IMG/VR virus record: IMGVR_UViG_3300032135_000012
Span: 1-50,346 of that record
Source of the DNA: a virus
Lineage: Duplodnaviria; Caudoviricetes
DNA length: 50,346 bases
Direction: 5' to 3' (one strand)
In this document: piece by piece, positions 43,208 through 50,346 of the stretch
Numbering within the stretch: the first letter of the stretch is position 1
How the letters are laid out: every line of letters begins with the position of its first letter
Translations under genes and position numbers: made by a program
The notes under the pieces: model-generated
The model's input: the letters and a program-made list of their open reading frames with translations, nothing else
Database searches by the model: none
What the model was told of the DNA's origin: nothing

Positions 43208-43468
43208 TTACTCGACCTTGTTAGCCTCATACTCATCCCACATACGCTTCTCGCACGCCTTTTCGTAGAACTTTATGGCTTCAGCGATATATCCTGCCGC
43301 GTCATTCAGTAGTTCACTTTCATCAAACGGGCCACTTTCAGCGTTCAGTGAAAGCGTGAAAGTGCCAACCTGATCCGAACCGCACACGCCGTAGTCTGGG
43401 TGCCCATCAAACGAAGAGTGACCATCACCCTTGCCGCACAGCATCCCAATCTCAATAGACTTACTCAC
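43208..43468 (-). CDS. Hypothetical protein
   Basis: GAGGAG SD; GTGA overlap. Confidence 0.7.
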   Translation of the reverse strand: MSKSIEIGMLCGKGDGHSSFDGHPDYGVCGSDQVGTFTLSLNAESGPFDESELLNDAAGYIAEAIKFYEKACEKRMWDEYEANKVE

Positions 43469-44715
43469 AGTATCTCCTCAAATCGGTGCTTCTTACCCTC
43501 AAAGCACATAGCCAACATACCCGACGCAGCACGCTCGCCCTTGAGGTTAGAGAACCACGACGAACCCGGATCAGATGCAGGCCCAATAATAACCCAACGG
43601 CCATCACCAGACTGGTACTTCCGGTATGAGTGCCAATGACCAACCAACAGGTAGTCAGCCTCCCACGTGGGCATACGTCCGTGGTCCTGCTTGCCCCACC
43701 AGTCGCCCATCTTGTCCGGGCCACCAGCCTGATGCCCGTGCACCATACCAAACGACACAGCATCCAACTTCACCGTCATCGACTCCATAAGAGCGTTAGG
43801 GAACAGGAACTTAACGTTCGGCAACACGTCCAACGTCTTCTGCGTCTGCTCAAGTTGACGACCGACACCAATACCAAAGTCAGCATGAGGATTACCGGCA
43901 TCAGCCTTCATCCCAGTACGCCAACGACCATGATTCGATGTAACCCGTGCATCAAACATTTCCTGAACGTGCGGGGCAATCATTGACACACCCTGCAAGT
44001 CCATCTTGTATGACTGCACCAACTGGTGCGGAACATCCAAATCGTTCGTGTCCCGCTGTGACCCCGTAGAGCAAGTGTTCTCAATACCGTCACCTGTACG
44101 AGCCAACAACACCTGCCGAGGTCGATACTCTTTGATGTAGTCAACAAAGCTGGAATAGGACTGAAGAACACGCTCCTCAGTCTCCGGCGTACCACCAGCA
44201 TAATCCGTCTTACCCCACTGCTCATCAGTAGGTTGCAGCATGGCCGAGTCAACAAGGAACTCACGTTTCGCCGGAATGTACGTGAATCCCTCAATGAACT
44301 TAGATGCGGCAGGCCAGTCAACAGTCTCTTCAACATTCTCCACAATGGGGCGAACGTTGTTGATCTTATTCCAGAACCCACCACCCGGCCGCGAAGTCCA
44401 GCCGGTAGAGAACGTGAACTTGTCTGGGTCAATCCCCGAGGCGCGCATGAAGTTCTCGTGATCGGCACGAGTCCACACCTTCTCTGAGAACTTGCGGTAG
44501 TCAATGGTGCCGTCTGGGTTTGTCCAGAAAGACTCACCGCCAACCTTGTCGTTACCACCTTCGGTGTCTACTCCGCCATCTTGACGTGGGATGCTCAGCT
44601 TGTCCCTGTGCCGACGCACTGATGCTTCACTAATTTCCCAGTAGTCAGCGATGGCAGTGTTGAACTTGCCCGATTCGAGGTCGGCAATATAGTCACTATT
44701 TTCCAGCAAACTCAT
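43465..44715 (-). CDS. Calcineurin-like (Mre11-type) metallophosphoesterase/nuclease with N-terminal HTH
   Basis: TDEQWGK, TGDGIE, SNHG, VHGHQ, VGHWH; N-terminal IADYWEISEASVRRH. Confidence 0.85.
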   Translation of the reverse strand: MSLLENSDYIADLESGKFNTAIADYWEISEASVRRHRDKLSIPRQDGGVDTEGGNDKVGGESFWTNPDGTIDYRKFSEKVWTRADHENFMRASGIDPDKFTFSTGWTSRPGGGFWNKINNVRPIVENVEETVDWPAASKFIEGFTYIPAKREFLVDSAMLQPTDEQWGKTDYAGGTPETEERVLQSYSSFVDYIKEYRPRQVLLARTGDGIENTCSTGSQRDTNDLDVPHQLVQSYKMDLQGVSMIAPHVQEMFDARVTSNHGRWRTGMKADAGNPHADFGIGVGRQLEQTQKTLDVLPNVKFLFPNALMESMTVKLDAVSFGMVHGHQAGGPDKMGDWWGKQDHGRMPTWEADYLLVGHWHSYRKYQSGDGRWVIIGPASDPGSSWFSNLKGERAASGMLAMCFEGKKHRFEEIL

Positions 44716-45027
44716 TCAGTCCTCTTCCATTTCGACACAGCAACCATCGCAACCGTGAGAATTCACTTCGCTCATCCCCATACGGTCAAAGCGTGCAGCA
44801 GAATCAATATCCGGGTGCCCAACACCGTGCGGACAAATACGTTCCATAATGCCACGATCCCCACGCCAGTTCATCGGAAAATCAGACATAACGTTGTCGG
44901 ACGGATTGTGGATGACACAAGAATATGTTTCGCACGCCATAACAGGTGCGTGGGTGACAAGTAGATGATCGCCCTCTAGGTCTTGCAGGAAAACTTTGCC
45001 TTCAACTTCACGTCTTACCAAAATCAT
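44716..45027 (-). CDS. Cys/His-rich hypothetical protein
   Basis: CVIHNPS, ERICPHGVGHPD, HGCDGCC. Confidence 0.8.
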   Translation of the reverse strand: MILVRREVEGKVFLQDLEGDHLLVTHAPVMACETYSCVIHNPSDNVMSDFPMNWRGDRGIMERICPHGVGHPDIDSAARFDRMGMSEVNSHGCDGCCVEMEED

Positions 45028-45158
45028 TAGTTATCCTCTCCATACACTTCATCGTGCCAGATGCAATAAGGGTCTTCGTAGTCGTGCGGAACGGTCTCGC
45101 TACTGTCCTCCTTGCAAGGGTCACACCCTTCGCCAAGGTAACGGTGAGAGTCAATCAT
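45027..45158 (-). CDS. Small hypothetical protein
   Basis: CDPC...C..H; TAATG overlap. Confidence 0.6.
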   Translation of the reverse strand: MIDSHRYLGEGCDPCKEDSSETVPHDYEDPYCIWHDEVYGEDN

Positions 45159-45369
45159 TAAACACCCACCCACAGTTCTCGCAGTTATGCTCGCCAGATG
45201 GCTCAACGTAGTAGCCGGGCACAAACCCCCCGGGGGAGTATGTTCTGGAAACCCCCACCGTGCGGCCGGAGTCTGCTGCCTTCAGCCCGTAATTGGAGAT
45301 TAGTTTCTCCATCAGCTTATGGCTCACCTCCATGTCAGAAGCGATATAGCCCGGAAGCGGCTCAGCCAT
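45151..45369 (-). CDS. Small Zn-ribbon-like protein
   Basis: C-terminal CENCG; TGATG overlap. Confidence 0.6.
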   Translation of the reverse strand: MAEPLPGYIASDMEVSHKLMEKLISNYGLKAADSGRTVGVSRTYSPGGFVPGYYVEPSGEHNCENCGWVFND

Positions 45370-45521
45370 CAGACTGCAACCGTCGTCCACGCCTGCATTC
45401 CCTGACGAATCTCAAATGCGCCCGAGTTGAGTTGACGGAACTGAATTGCTGCCACATCGTCCGCACCAATGTACGCACTGAACTGCTCACCCTCTGAGGG
45501 CTTCTTGAAAGATACCTGCAT
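45369..45521 (-). CDS. Small hypothetical protein (MQVSFKKP...)
   Basis: AGGAGG SD. Confidence 0.7.
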   Translation of the reverse strand: MQVSFKKPSEGEQFSAYIGADDVAAIQFRQLNSGAFEIRQGMQAWTTVAV

Positions 45522-45679
45522 TTTAGAACCTCCTGTTTCGTTTGCCATAAACCAATCCTCACACACATTTCACAGCAAGACAACCGTTTGGGCAAAGAAA
45601 AAGACCGGCAACCCCTTATGGGGGCCACCGGCCTCATGCAACAAACAACAGGAAAGGAACGACACGAACAAGTAACACA

Positions 45680-46000
45680 CTACACCACTTGTTGGGTCTC
45701 CGCAACCTCAGCCTTGGTTATTGGTGGCACTGAGTGGGTTGTGAAGTTGCTCATCCACTGCTGCAACAAACCACTCATGTCGTCTTCCCTGAATCCGACT
45801 TGGGCAAACATCACCGCGATCCGCAGAACATCGTGACGCTCGTCAGCACGCAGCCCCAGCATATTGAACTGCAAATTCAAATCCTCAAGCTAGATTGCCT
45901 CGATTACTGAAGTCCCTGCACGGTTCTCCGCAGCGATCAATTCAAGAGAGCTCAGCAACGCATCCAACCCGATACTAAACGGGTTTCTTCGCTTACTCAT
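45680..46000 (-). other. Single reading frame interrupted by one in-frame TAG (pseudogene, readthrough, or two small genes)
   Basis: MSKRRNPF...IEAI*LEDLNLQFNML...; TAG at 45892-45890. Confidence 0.5.
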
Positions 46001-46427
46001 TGTTTTCATCTTCCTTGAACCGATCATCGAACTCAGGAAACTCATCAATAAACGTCAACAAGGTGAAACAATGCCACGCAGCCGCCGCCATATGAGAAGA
46101 ACCAGTCTCCTCATCCAAATCCTCACCACCCCACCACGCATTCAAATGACGCTGCAAAGCCGCATACGACTTACCCCACTCATACCCTTTACGCCACTGC
46201 CAATCCGCGTACTTATTTGCACCAACGCCGTAGTGCCGTGCAAGAGCATCTAGAGCGCCACTTGGAATTAAATCGTGACGAGATGGCTTCTGGCCCTTTT
46301 GGCCGCCAGTGGAAGACGTAGTACGAACTTCCTCGGGGTGGTCGCCCAGAACACTGGCGACATCACCAAACGTGGTCTTAATGTCCGACCATGCATATTC
46401 TTCGCGCCCTTGCCCTAATTCGCTCAC
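45993..46427 (-). CDS. dATP/dGTP diphosphohydrolase domain protein (DUF5664-like)
   Basis: GGQKG.K..RHDLIP, GANKY...WRKG, AALQRHL..WW.GED.D.E.G..H motifs. Confidence 0.85.
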   Translation of the reverse strand: MSELGQGREEYAWSDIKTTFGDVASVLGDHPEEVRTTSSTGGQKGQKPSRHDLIPSGALDALARHYGVGANKYADWQWRKGYEWGKSYAALQRHLNAWWGGEDLDEETGSSHMAAAAWHCFTLLTFIDEFPEFDDRFKEDENNE

Positions 46428-46428
46428 C

Positions 46429-46983
46429 CTAAATCTCCTCCGCATTAAAGTCAGACCAAGACATGATCCGACGCTTACCCACAACCTGCTGATTGTAAGG
46501 CTGATCAAACAGAATATGCTCCCACGACGGATTACGCAACCCCTTCACCTCCGGCTTGTCATCAATGAGGATGTCCCCGTGAACCATCGTCTTATCCTTA
46601 GTGATGATCGTGCGCTCCGCCCACTTCGAGCCAAACATGGAGTCAACCCACTCCAACTTATCCGACGCGCATGTCTCGTTCGGGAGCCACGGCGAGGTGC
46701 AAATGAAGACCTCGTGACCGGCACTGACAAGTTGTGAAAGACCATACCACGCACCATCAATGACAGGCACGTTCGCGTAGAACTCAGGCCACGCCATCAC
46801 CTGTTCAACAATCTGCTTCTCCTCAAAGTCCAACCCAGCCGTCAGGTCAAAGCCCCTCTGCTCTGTGTGACGCGGAATACGCCCAGTCTGCCACGGCTCA
46901 AAATAAGTATCCAAGTGCCAATCCCAATGCGCCCCCCAGTTCGCTAAGACACCATCAATATCTACGAGAACTGTTTTACTCAT
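46429..46983 (-). CDS. 5'(3')-deoxyribonucleotidase (NT5C, HAD family)
   Basis: VDIDGVLA, ICTSP, K..W, LIDDKP, LFDQPYN. Confidence 0.92.
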   Translation of the reverse strand: MSKTVLVDIDGVLANWGAHWDWHLDTYFEPWQTGRIPRHTEQRGFDLTAGLDFEEKQIVEQVMAWPEFYANVPVIDGAWYGLSQLVSAGHEVFICTSPWLPNETCASDKLEWVDSMFGSKWAERTIITKDKTMVHGDILIDDKPEVKGLRNPSWEHILFDQPYNQQVVGKRRIMSWSDFNAEEI

Positions 46984-47309
46984 GCCGCTCCTCCTCTCAA
47001 CTCAAAATCGGCCTCAATTACAGCATCAACAGCCTTCTGGACTAGTGGCCGCATATCACGCCCCAGCAAGGCCGACTGAGCCTTGTCGGGGAAGTTGGAT
47101 GCGTTGCACAAAACCTCCGCCAGCGCCCAGTAGAGCTTCTTACGCTCGTACACTTCAGCCTCAGTGTACACAACAGGTTCCACCACGCCAAGATCGTGCC
47201 ACTCTTCGAGTATGTTGACATGAACCCACCCGGAATGCTTCACCGCGTTGTAGTCGCCGTTGAAGTTATCCCAACCGCACGTTGCACACCAAATCCTGTA
47301 GAGCCTCAC
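46980..47309 (-). CDS. Hypothetical protein with N-terminal CxxC
   Basis: GTGA overlap. Confidence 0.7.
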   Translation of the reverse strand: MRLYRIWCATCGWDNFNGDYNAVKHSGWVHVNILEEWHDLGVVEPVVYTEAEVYERKKLYWALAEVLCNASNFPDKAQSALLGRDMRPLVQKAVDAVIEADFELRGGAA

Positions 47310-47530
47310 GCGCCCACCACCAACTGCACAATAGAAACAATCTGCAAAATGATCATAACCAGCGAGAAACCCCACGAGCCACCAGCAATCACAAAGAAAG
47401 CACCAGCAACAGCAAGATCGAACGCACCAGCGGCCTCAGCCCCCACCGAGAAGCCTGCAACCCACGACAGCCACGGGACAAAAGTCCACACCATAAACCA
47501 CACAACCAACCAAACAATAGCCTCAACCAT
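47306..47530 (-). CDS. Small membrane protein
   Basis: GGAGG SD; 2 TM. Confidence 0.75.
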   Translation of the reverse strand: MVEAIVWLVVWFMVWTFVPWLSWVAGFSVGAEAAGAFDLAVAGAFFVIAGGSWGFSLVMIILQIVSIVQLVVGA

Positions 47531-47556
47531 AACAAACCTCCAGTCCGCCAAACGGA

Positions 47557-47595
47557 AAAGCCCGGCAACCCCAACAATAGTCGGAGCGCCGGGCC
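47557..47595 (-). terminator. Intrinsic terminator
   Basis: GCCCGGCGCTCCGAC...GTTGGGGTTGCCGGGC followed by TTTT. Confidence 0.7.
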
Positions 47596-47626
47596 AAAAC
47601 AAGCATCGTAACCTAAACGTTATATT

Positions 47627-47941
47627 CTACGAGTCAACACCGCCAAGAATAGTAAACTCAACCACAGCCGTAGACAAACGCCACTCCTCACGACCAGCAA
47701 AATACATCCGACGACCGACCACGGGAACAGTCAAACGCTCCCACTGAGTCACCTCAGACTCAGCACCCCAAGGAGCCACAGTCAACTCCTCATCAGGCAC
47801 AGTAGCCGTCAAGCACGTCCACACACGAATAACACCAACACGACTACCATCACGCCAACGCTCAACATACCCACCATAACGAACGTACTTAGCACCAGAC
47901 TCAGTAATGGCATACCACTCCGCAATATCATGACTCATCAT
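47627..47941 (-). CDS. Hypothetical protein
   Basis: TESGAKY...LSTAV pattern; SD present. Confidence 0.7.
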   Translation of the reverse strand: MMSHDIAEWYAITESGAKYVRYGGYVERWRDGSRVGVIRVWTCLTATVPDEELTVAPWGAESEVTQWERLTVPVVGRRMYFAGREEWRLSTAVVEFTILGGVDS

Positions 47942-48422
47942 CATCACCTTCCTCATCTCTCCGAGTCACACCAAGACGGCGCACCCGCTCAATCTCTCCC
48001 GCAATAGCAACAGCAAAAGGATTGCCCGGCTCGCCCTCTAGGAAATCTGCAACCTTCACACCAACAGTCGGCCCGACAAGTTCAATATACTCGCCATCCT
48101 CCTCCCAATGCACAATCGCACCACCCACCATGCCGTCAGGCAAATGATCATCCGGCCACATGCGAACCCTAATCGTCGAAATGATCGACCAGTACCACTC
48201 GCGGACAGTACGCGGACGGAACCAAGAGCGCTTACCAAGACCGGCAAGGCCGTATGCCGCAAACTTCAGACGACCCCACAACTTGTTATGGCCCGTAAAG
48301 TCACTCGCATACCGAATGTGCCTAATCCCAGTACTACGAGTGTACTTCCACCCATCACCATGATCGTAGTACGTAGCATAAGCCCGCAACGCCGCACCAA
48401 CACTCTTCACATCAGACATCAT
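47928..48422 (-). CDS. Hypothetical protein
   Basis: ATGA overlap. Confidence 0.7.
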   Translation of the reverse strand: MMSDVKSVGAALRAYATYYDHGDGWKYTRSTGIRHIRYASDFTGHNKLWGRLKFAAYGLAGLGKRSWFRPRTVREWYWSIISTIRVRMWPDDHLPDGMVGGAIVHWEEDGEYIELVGPTVGVKVADFLEGEPGNPFAVAIAGEIERVRRLGVTRRDEEGDDDES

Positions 48423-48622
48423 TCCCCCAACTCGTCTAAATCATCCTGACAATCATCCTGACAATCAACATACCCCGCAAAGTACACCGCCGCAAGACCC
48501 GCAATCTTGCACCTAGCGATGAGATGAAGGTAATCATCATAACCAGTGCTATCGTCCGGCGACGGACTGCCATAAGCCAGAACATACGCTTCATGGTAAA
48601 CATTCCCAATATTAGCCTTCAC
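48419..48622 (-). CDS. Hypothetical protein
   Basis: Operon packing. Confidence 0.65.
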   Translation of the reverse strand: MKANIGNVYHEAYVLAYGSPSPDDSTGYDDYLHLIARCKIAGLAAVYFAGYVDCQDDCQDDLDELGE

Positions 48623-48890
48623 GAAGCGCCACCTTCTTCGACGCAGCGCTCAAAGCCTCATGCACCGGGTCAGGAGTCGGATAAAACACCACATTCTCGT
48701 CAGATACCAAATAGTCCACCAAGAACGCAGCAAAGCGCGCCAAATCCTCACTGCTAGAGACATCCGGCGTACCCCCAAACTGCGACATGAACGAAGAAAT
48801 CGCCATCTCAGCATTCTCCTCAACCGCAATCCCAAGAACCCCACGCGCCTCCAGAGCCTCCCTCAACGAATAAACAGGCATATTACCCAT
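48612..48890 (-). CDS. Hypothetical protein
   Basis: GGGAGG SD; TGATG overlap. Confidence 0.7.
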   Translation of the reverse strand: MGNMPVYSLREALEARGVLGIAVEENAEMAISSFMSQFGGTPDVSSSEDLARFAAFLVDYLVSDENVVFYPTPDPVHEALSAASKKVALREG

Positions 48891-49192
48891 CACAAACCCT
48901 CCCAATAATCAGAATGAATACCGCAAATATCACACAAACGAACCCCAGATAGCAAATCAAACGCACCAAAAGAATGCGAAACCCGAGCAACAAAATTAGC
49001 AGAAAACGTCAAGCTAGACGCAATAACACGCCCATCAAGAGCCATGTCACAGAAACTATTATCCAACCGAGTCTTGCTCAACTCAACAGCAACACAATCC
49101 GTACCAAAAAACTGCCGAGCAACCTTCTCCGCCTCAACCTTCAGACTCACAAGACTCACCGCCTGAACTTCGCCACGCAACACGTCAGACAT
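48890..49192 (-). CDS. Hypothetical protein with C-terminal CxxC
   Basis: GAGGAGG SD. Confidence 0.7.
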   Translation of the reverse strand: MSDVLRGEVQAVSLVSLKVEAEKVARQFFGTDCVAVELSKTRLDNSFCDMALDGRVIASSLTFSANFVARVSHSFGAFDLLSGVRLCDICGIHSDYWEGL

Positions 49193-49424
49193 CGAAACCC
49201 TCCTCAAACTCACCCAGAACAGTCGAAAGCCGATCACGCAAAGCGGTAGCCTCGCCCGCCATCAACTTGAACTCCAAAAAACCATCACCCGAACGAGACA
49301 AAAAGCACAAAGAAACATCGCCACCATGAGCAAACCACCCATTCACCTCAACCCCGTCAAACATACGATTACCGGAGCTGCAACCAACATCCGACAAGGG
49401 GATAGCCGAAGCATCAACCAACAT
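49185..49424 (-). CDS. Hypothetical protein, first gene of the leftward arm
   Basis: GGAGGAGG SD; upstream TAGTCT -10. Confidence 0.7.
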   Translation of the reverse strand: MLVDASAIPLSDVGCSSGNRMFDGVEVNGWFAHGGDVSLCFLSRSGDGFLEFKLMAGEATALRDRLSTVLGEFEEGFDV

Positions 49425-49455
49425 GCAAACCTCCTCCAAATAGAACACCAGACTA

Positions 49456-49500
49456 GCAGGAGTGAAGTAGATAGGCAGGAGTGAAGTAGATAGGCAGGAG
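49456..49500. repeat. 19-bp tandem repeat (GCAGGAGTGAAGTAGATAG x2.4)
   Basis: Directly visible; lies over the leftward-arm promoter region. Confidence 0.85.
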
Positions 49501-49945
49501 TTTTTTGAAAAAAAATTAGGAAACACGCTCAATGCCCACTCGTGGCGTTATACAAAACAATCACAACCATAAGCAACCCCGCGACAATCACGCAAGCATT
49601 GACAAATGCATACCATAACCACCTCACAGGTGTGCCCCGCAATCAGTATCAGAAGGATCGATACCGAAAGAAATGCTAGACATAAAGACCTCCCCAAATA
49701 GAAGGCAAGCCTACCGCAACAACGGCTGGAATGCAAGGATTTGAGTGAAAAATCTCGTGGTTCCGGGCCATCCGTATAACGCCCCGCCTACCTACCACAA
49801 TATGAGTTCTTTGTCTACCCCCAATTCTGGGGTATTGACAATTTGGGTTAGCTCGTGCTATGGGGGTGTGGTGGCGCGTGGGGTGGGTCGAGCATTGCTC
49901 TATTGTAACGGATTGATAACGTCTAATCTATTTCGGGTTATCCCC

Positions 49946-49974
49946 TTGTGAAAGCCTATGCACCCTGATAAACT
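49946..49974 (+). promoter_or_regulatory. Early promoter
   Basis: TTGTGA-17-TAAACT. Confidence 0.65.
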
Positions 49975-50007
49975 TCTAGTATGAACAAGGCAAAGGAAGT
50001 AAATAGC

Positions 50008-50154
50008 ATGCGTAACGCAACCTATCTCATCGGCCTCCACCTCATGGCGCTAGGCGTGGCTCTCATGGTGGCTAGTGCCCTAATCAGTGCTCTAGCTCCC
50101 ATCACCCCGGAGCCGGTACGCGCTCCAATCACCATCCAACTACCTACTATCTAA
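50008..50154 (+). CDS. 48-aa single-TM early protein
   Basis: AAGGA SD; hydrophobic N-terminal half; translated by hand. Confidence 0.65.
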   Translation: MRNATYLIGLHLMALGVALMVASALISALAPITPEPVRAPITIQLPTI

Positions 50155-50166
50155 GGACTGATCATC

Positions 50167-50346
50167 ATGCCTAATGCAACTAACCCTGTCGGACTCACTG
50201 GCACTAGCGCTATTCCCTACGGGGAGCGCCGCTGGAATGGTGTGGTATGGCCCGCCATGCAGGTTGACCGTTACAACGCCGATCTGTCTCGTATCGCATC
50301 ACGTCACGCGGCCGGAATGCCCACCGTGGCGCTAGTGGATGGGCTG
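50167..50346 (+). CDS. Early hypothetical protein spanning the contig junction (continues to stop at 169; 73 aa)
   Basis: CTAAGGA SD; MPNATNPVG...HSFDYAGKP reads through the overlap. Confidence 0.75.
   Translation, partial: MPNATNPVGLTGTSAIPYGERRWNGVVWPAMQVDRYNADLSRIASRHAAGMPTVALVDGL

Noticed and set aside
45890-45892. Genome-wide TAG recoding
   Set aside because: TerL, portal, helicase and others end at TAG at normal lengths; no suppressor tRNA seen.
45993-46427. 2-aminoadenine (Z) genome system
   Set aside because: No PurZ-like gene or dedicated polymerase found.
49456-49500. Possible mini-CRISPR array
   Set aside because: Head-to-tail repeats with no unique spacers.
50220-50346. 127-bp terminal repeat as a biological DTR
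   Set aside because: The length equals a common assembler k-mer and it falls inside an ORF that reads through the junction.
1-50346. Lysogeny module, reverse transcriptase/DGR, transposase
   Set aside because: No integrase, repressor, RT or transposase motifs recognised in any ORF; remote homologs among the hypotheticals cannot be excluded.

Overview
The window is an apparently complete, circularly permuted genome (about 50.2 kb) of a siphovirus-type actinobacteriophage. The 127-bp identical ends are most likely an assembly overlap. An actinobacterial host is inferred from two WhiB genes, an LAxTG sortase substrate and near-leaderless promoters. Rightward arm (~50.0 kb to 19.6 kb across the junction): small early genes separated by long hairpins, an AT-rich repeat region, many hypothetical genes, SF2 helicase, WhiB, ERF-like annealase, PD-(D/E)XK nuclease, SSB, primase-polymerase/helicase and RuvC-like resolvase. 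Leftward arm (49.4 to 19.7 kb): small genes, nucleotide-pool enzymes, metallophosphoesterase, terminase, portal, protease, capsid, neck, two tail-tube-like genes, frameshifted tail chaperones, tape measure, minor tails and lysis genes. I found no integrase, repressor, replicative DNA polymerase, tRNA gene or CRISPR array. The most interesting signals are non-coding: a ~440-nt pseudoknotted RNA candidate just upstream of terS, a ~100-nt pseudoknotted RNA candidate between terL and portal, and a tRNA-like mini-element plus long hairpins in the early region. Also notable are an ATC start for the primase-polymerase, an array of linker-joined gene cassettes and a tail module split by an inserted gene. 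All calls come from manual motif recognition and manual base-pairing; no searches or folding programs were run.
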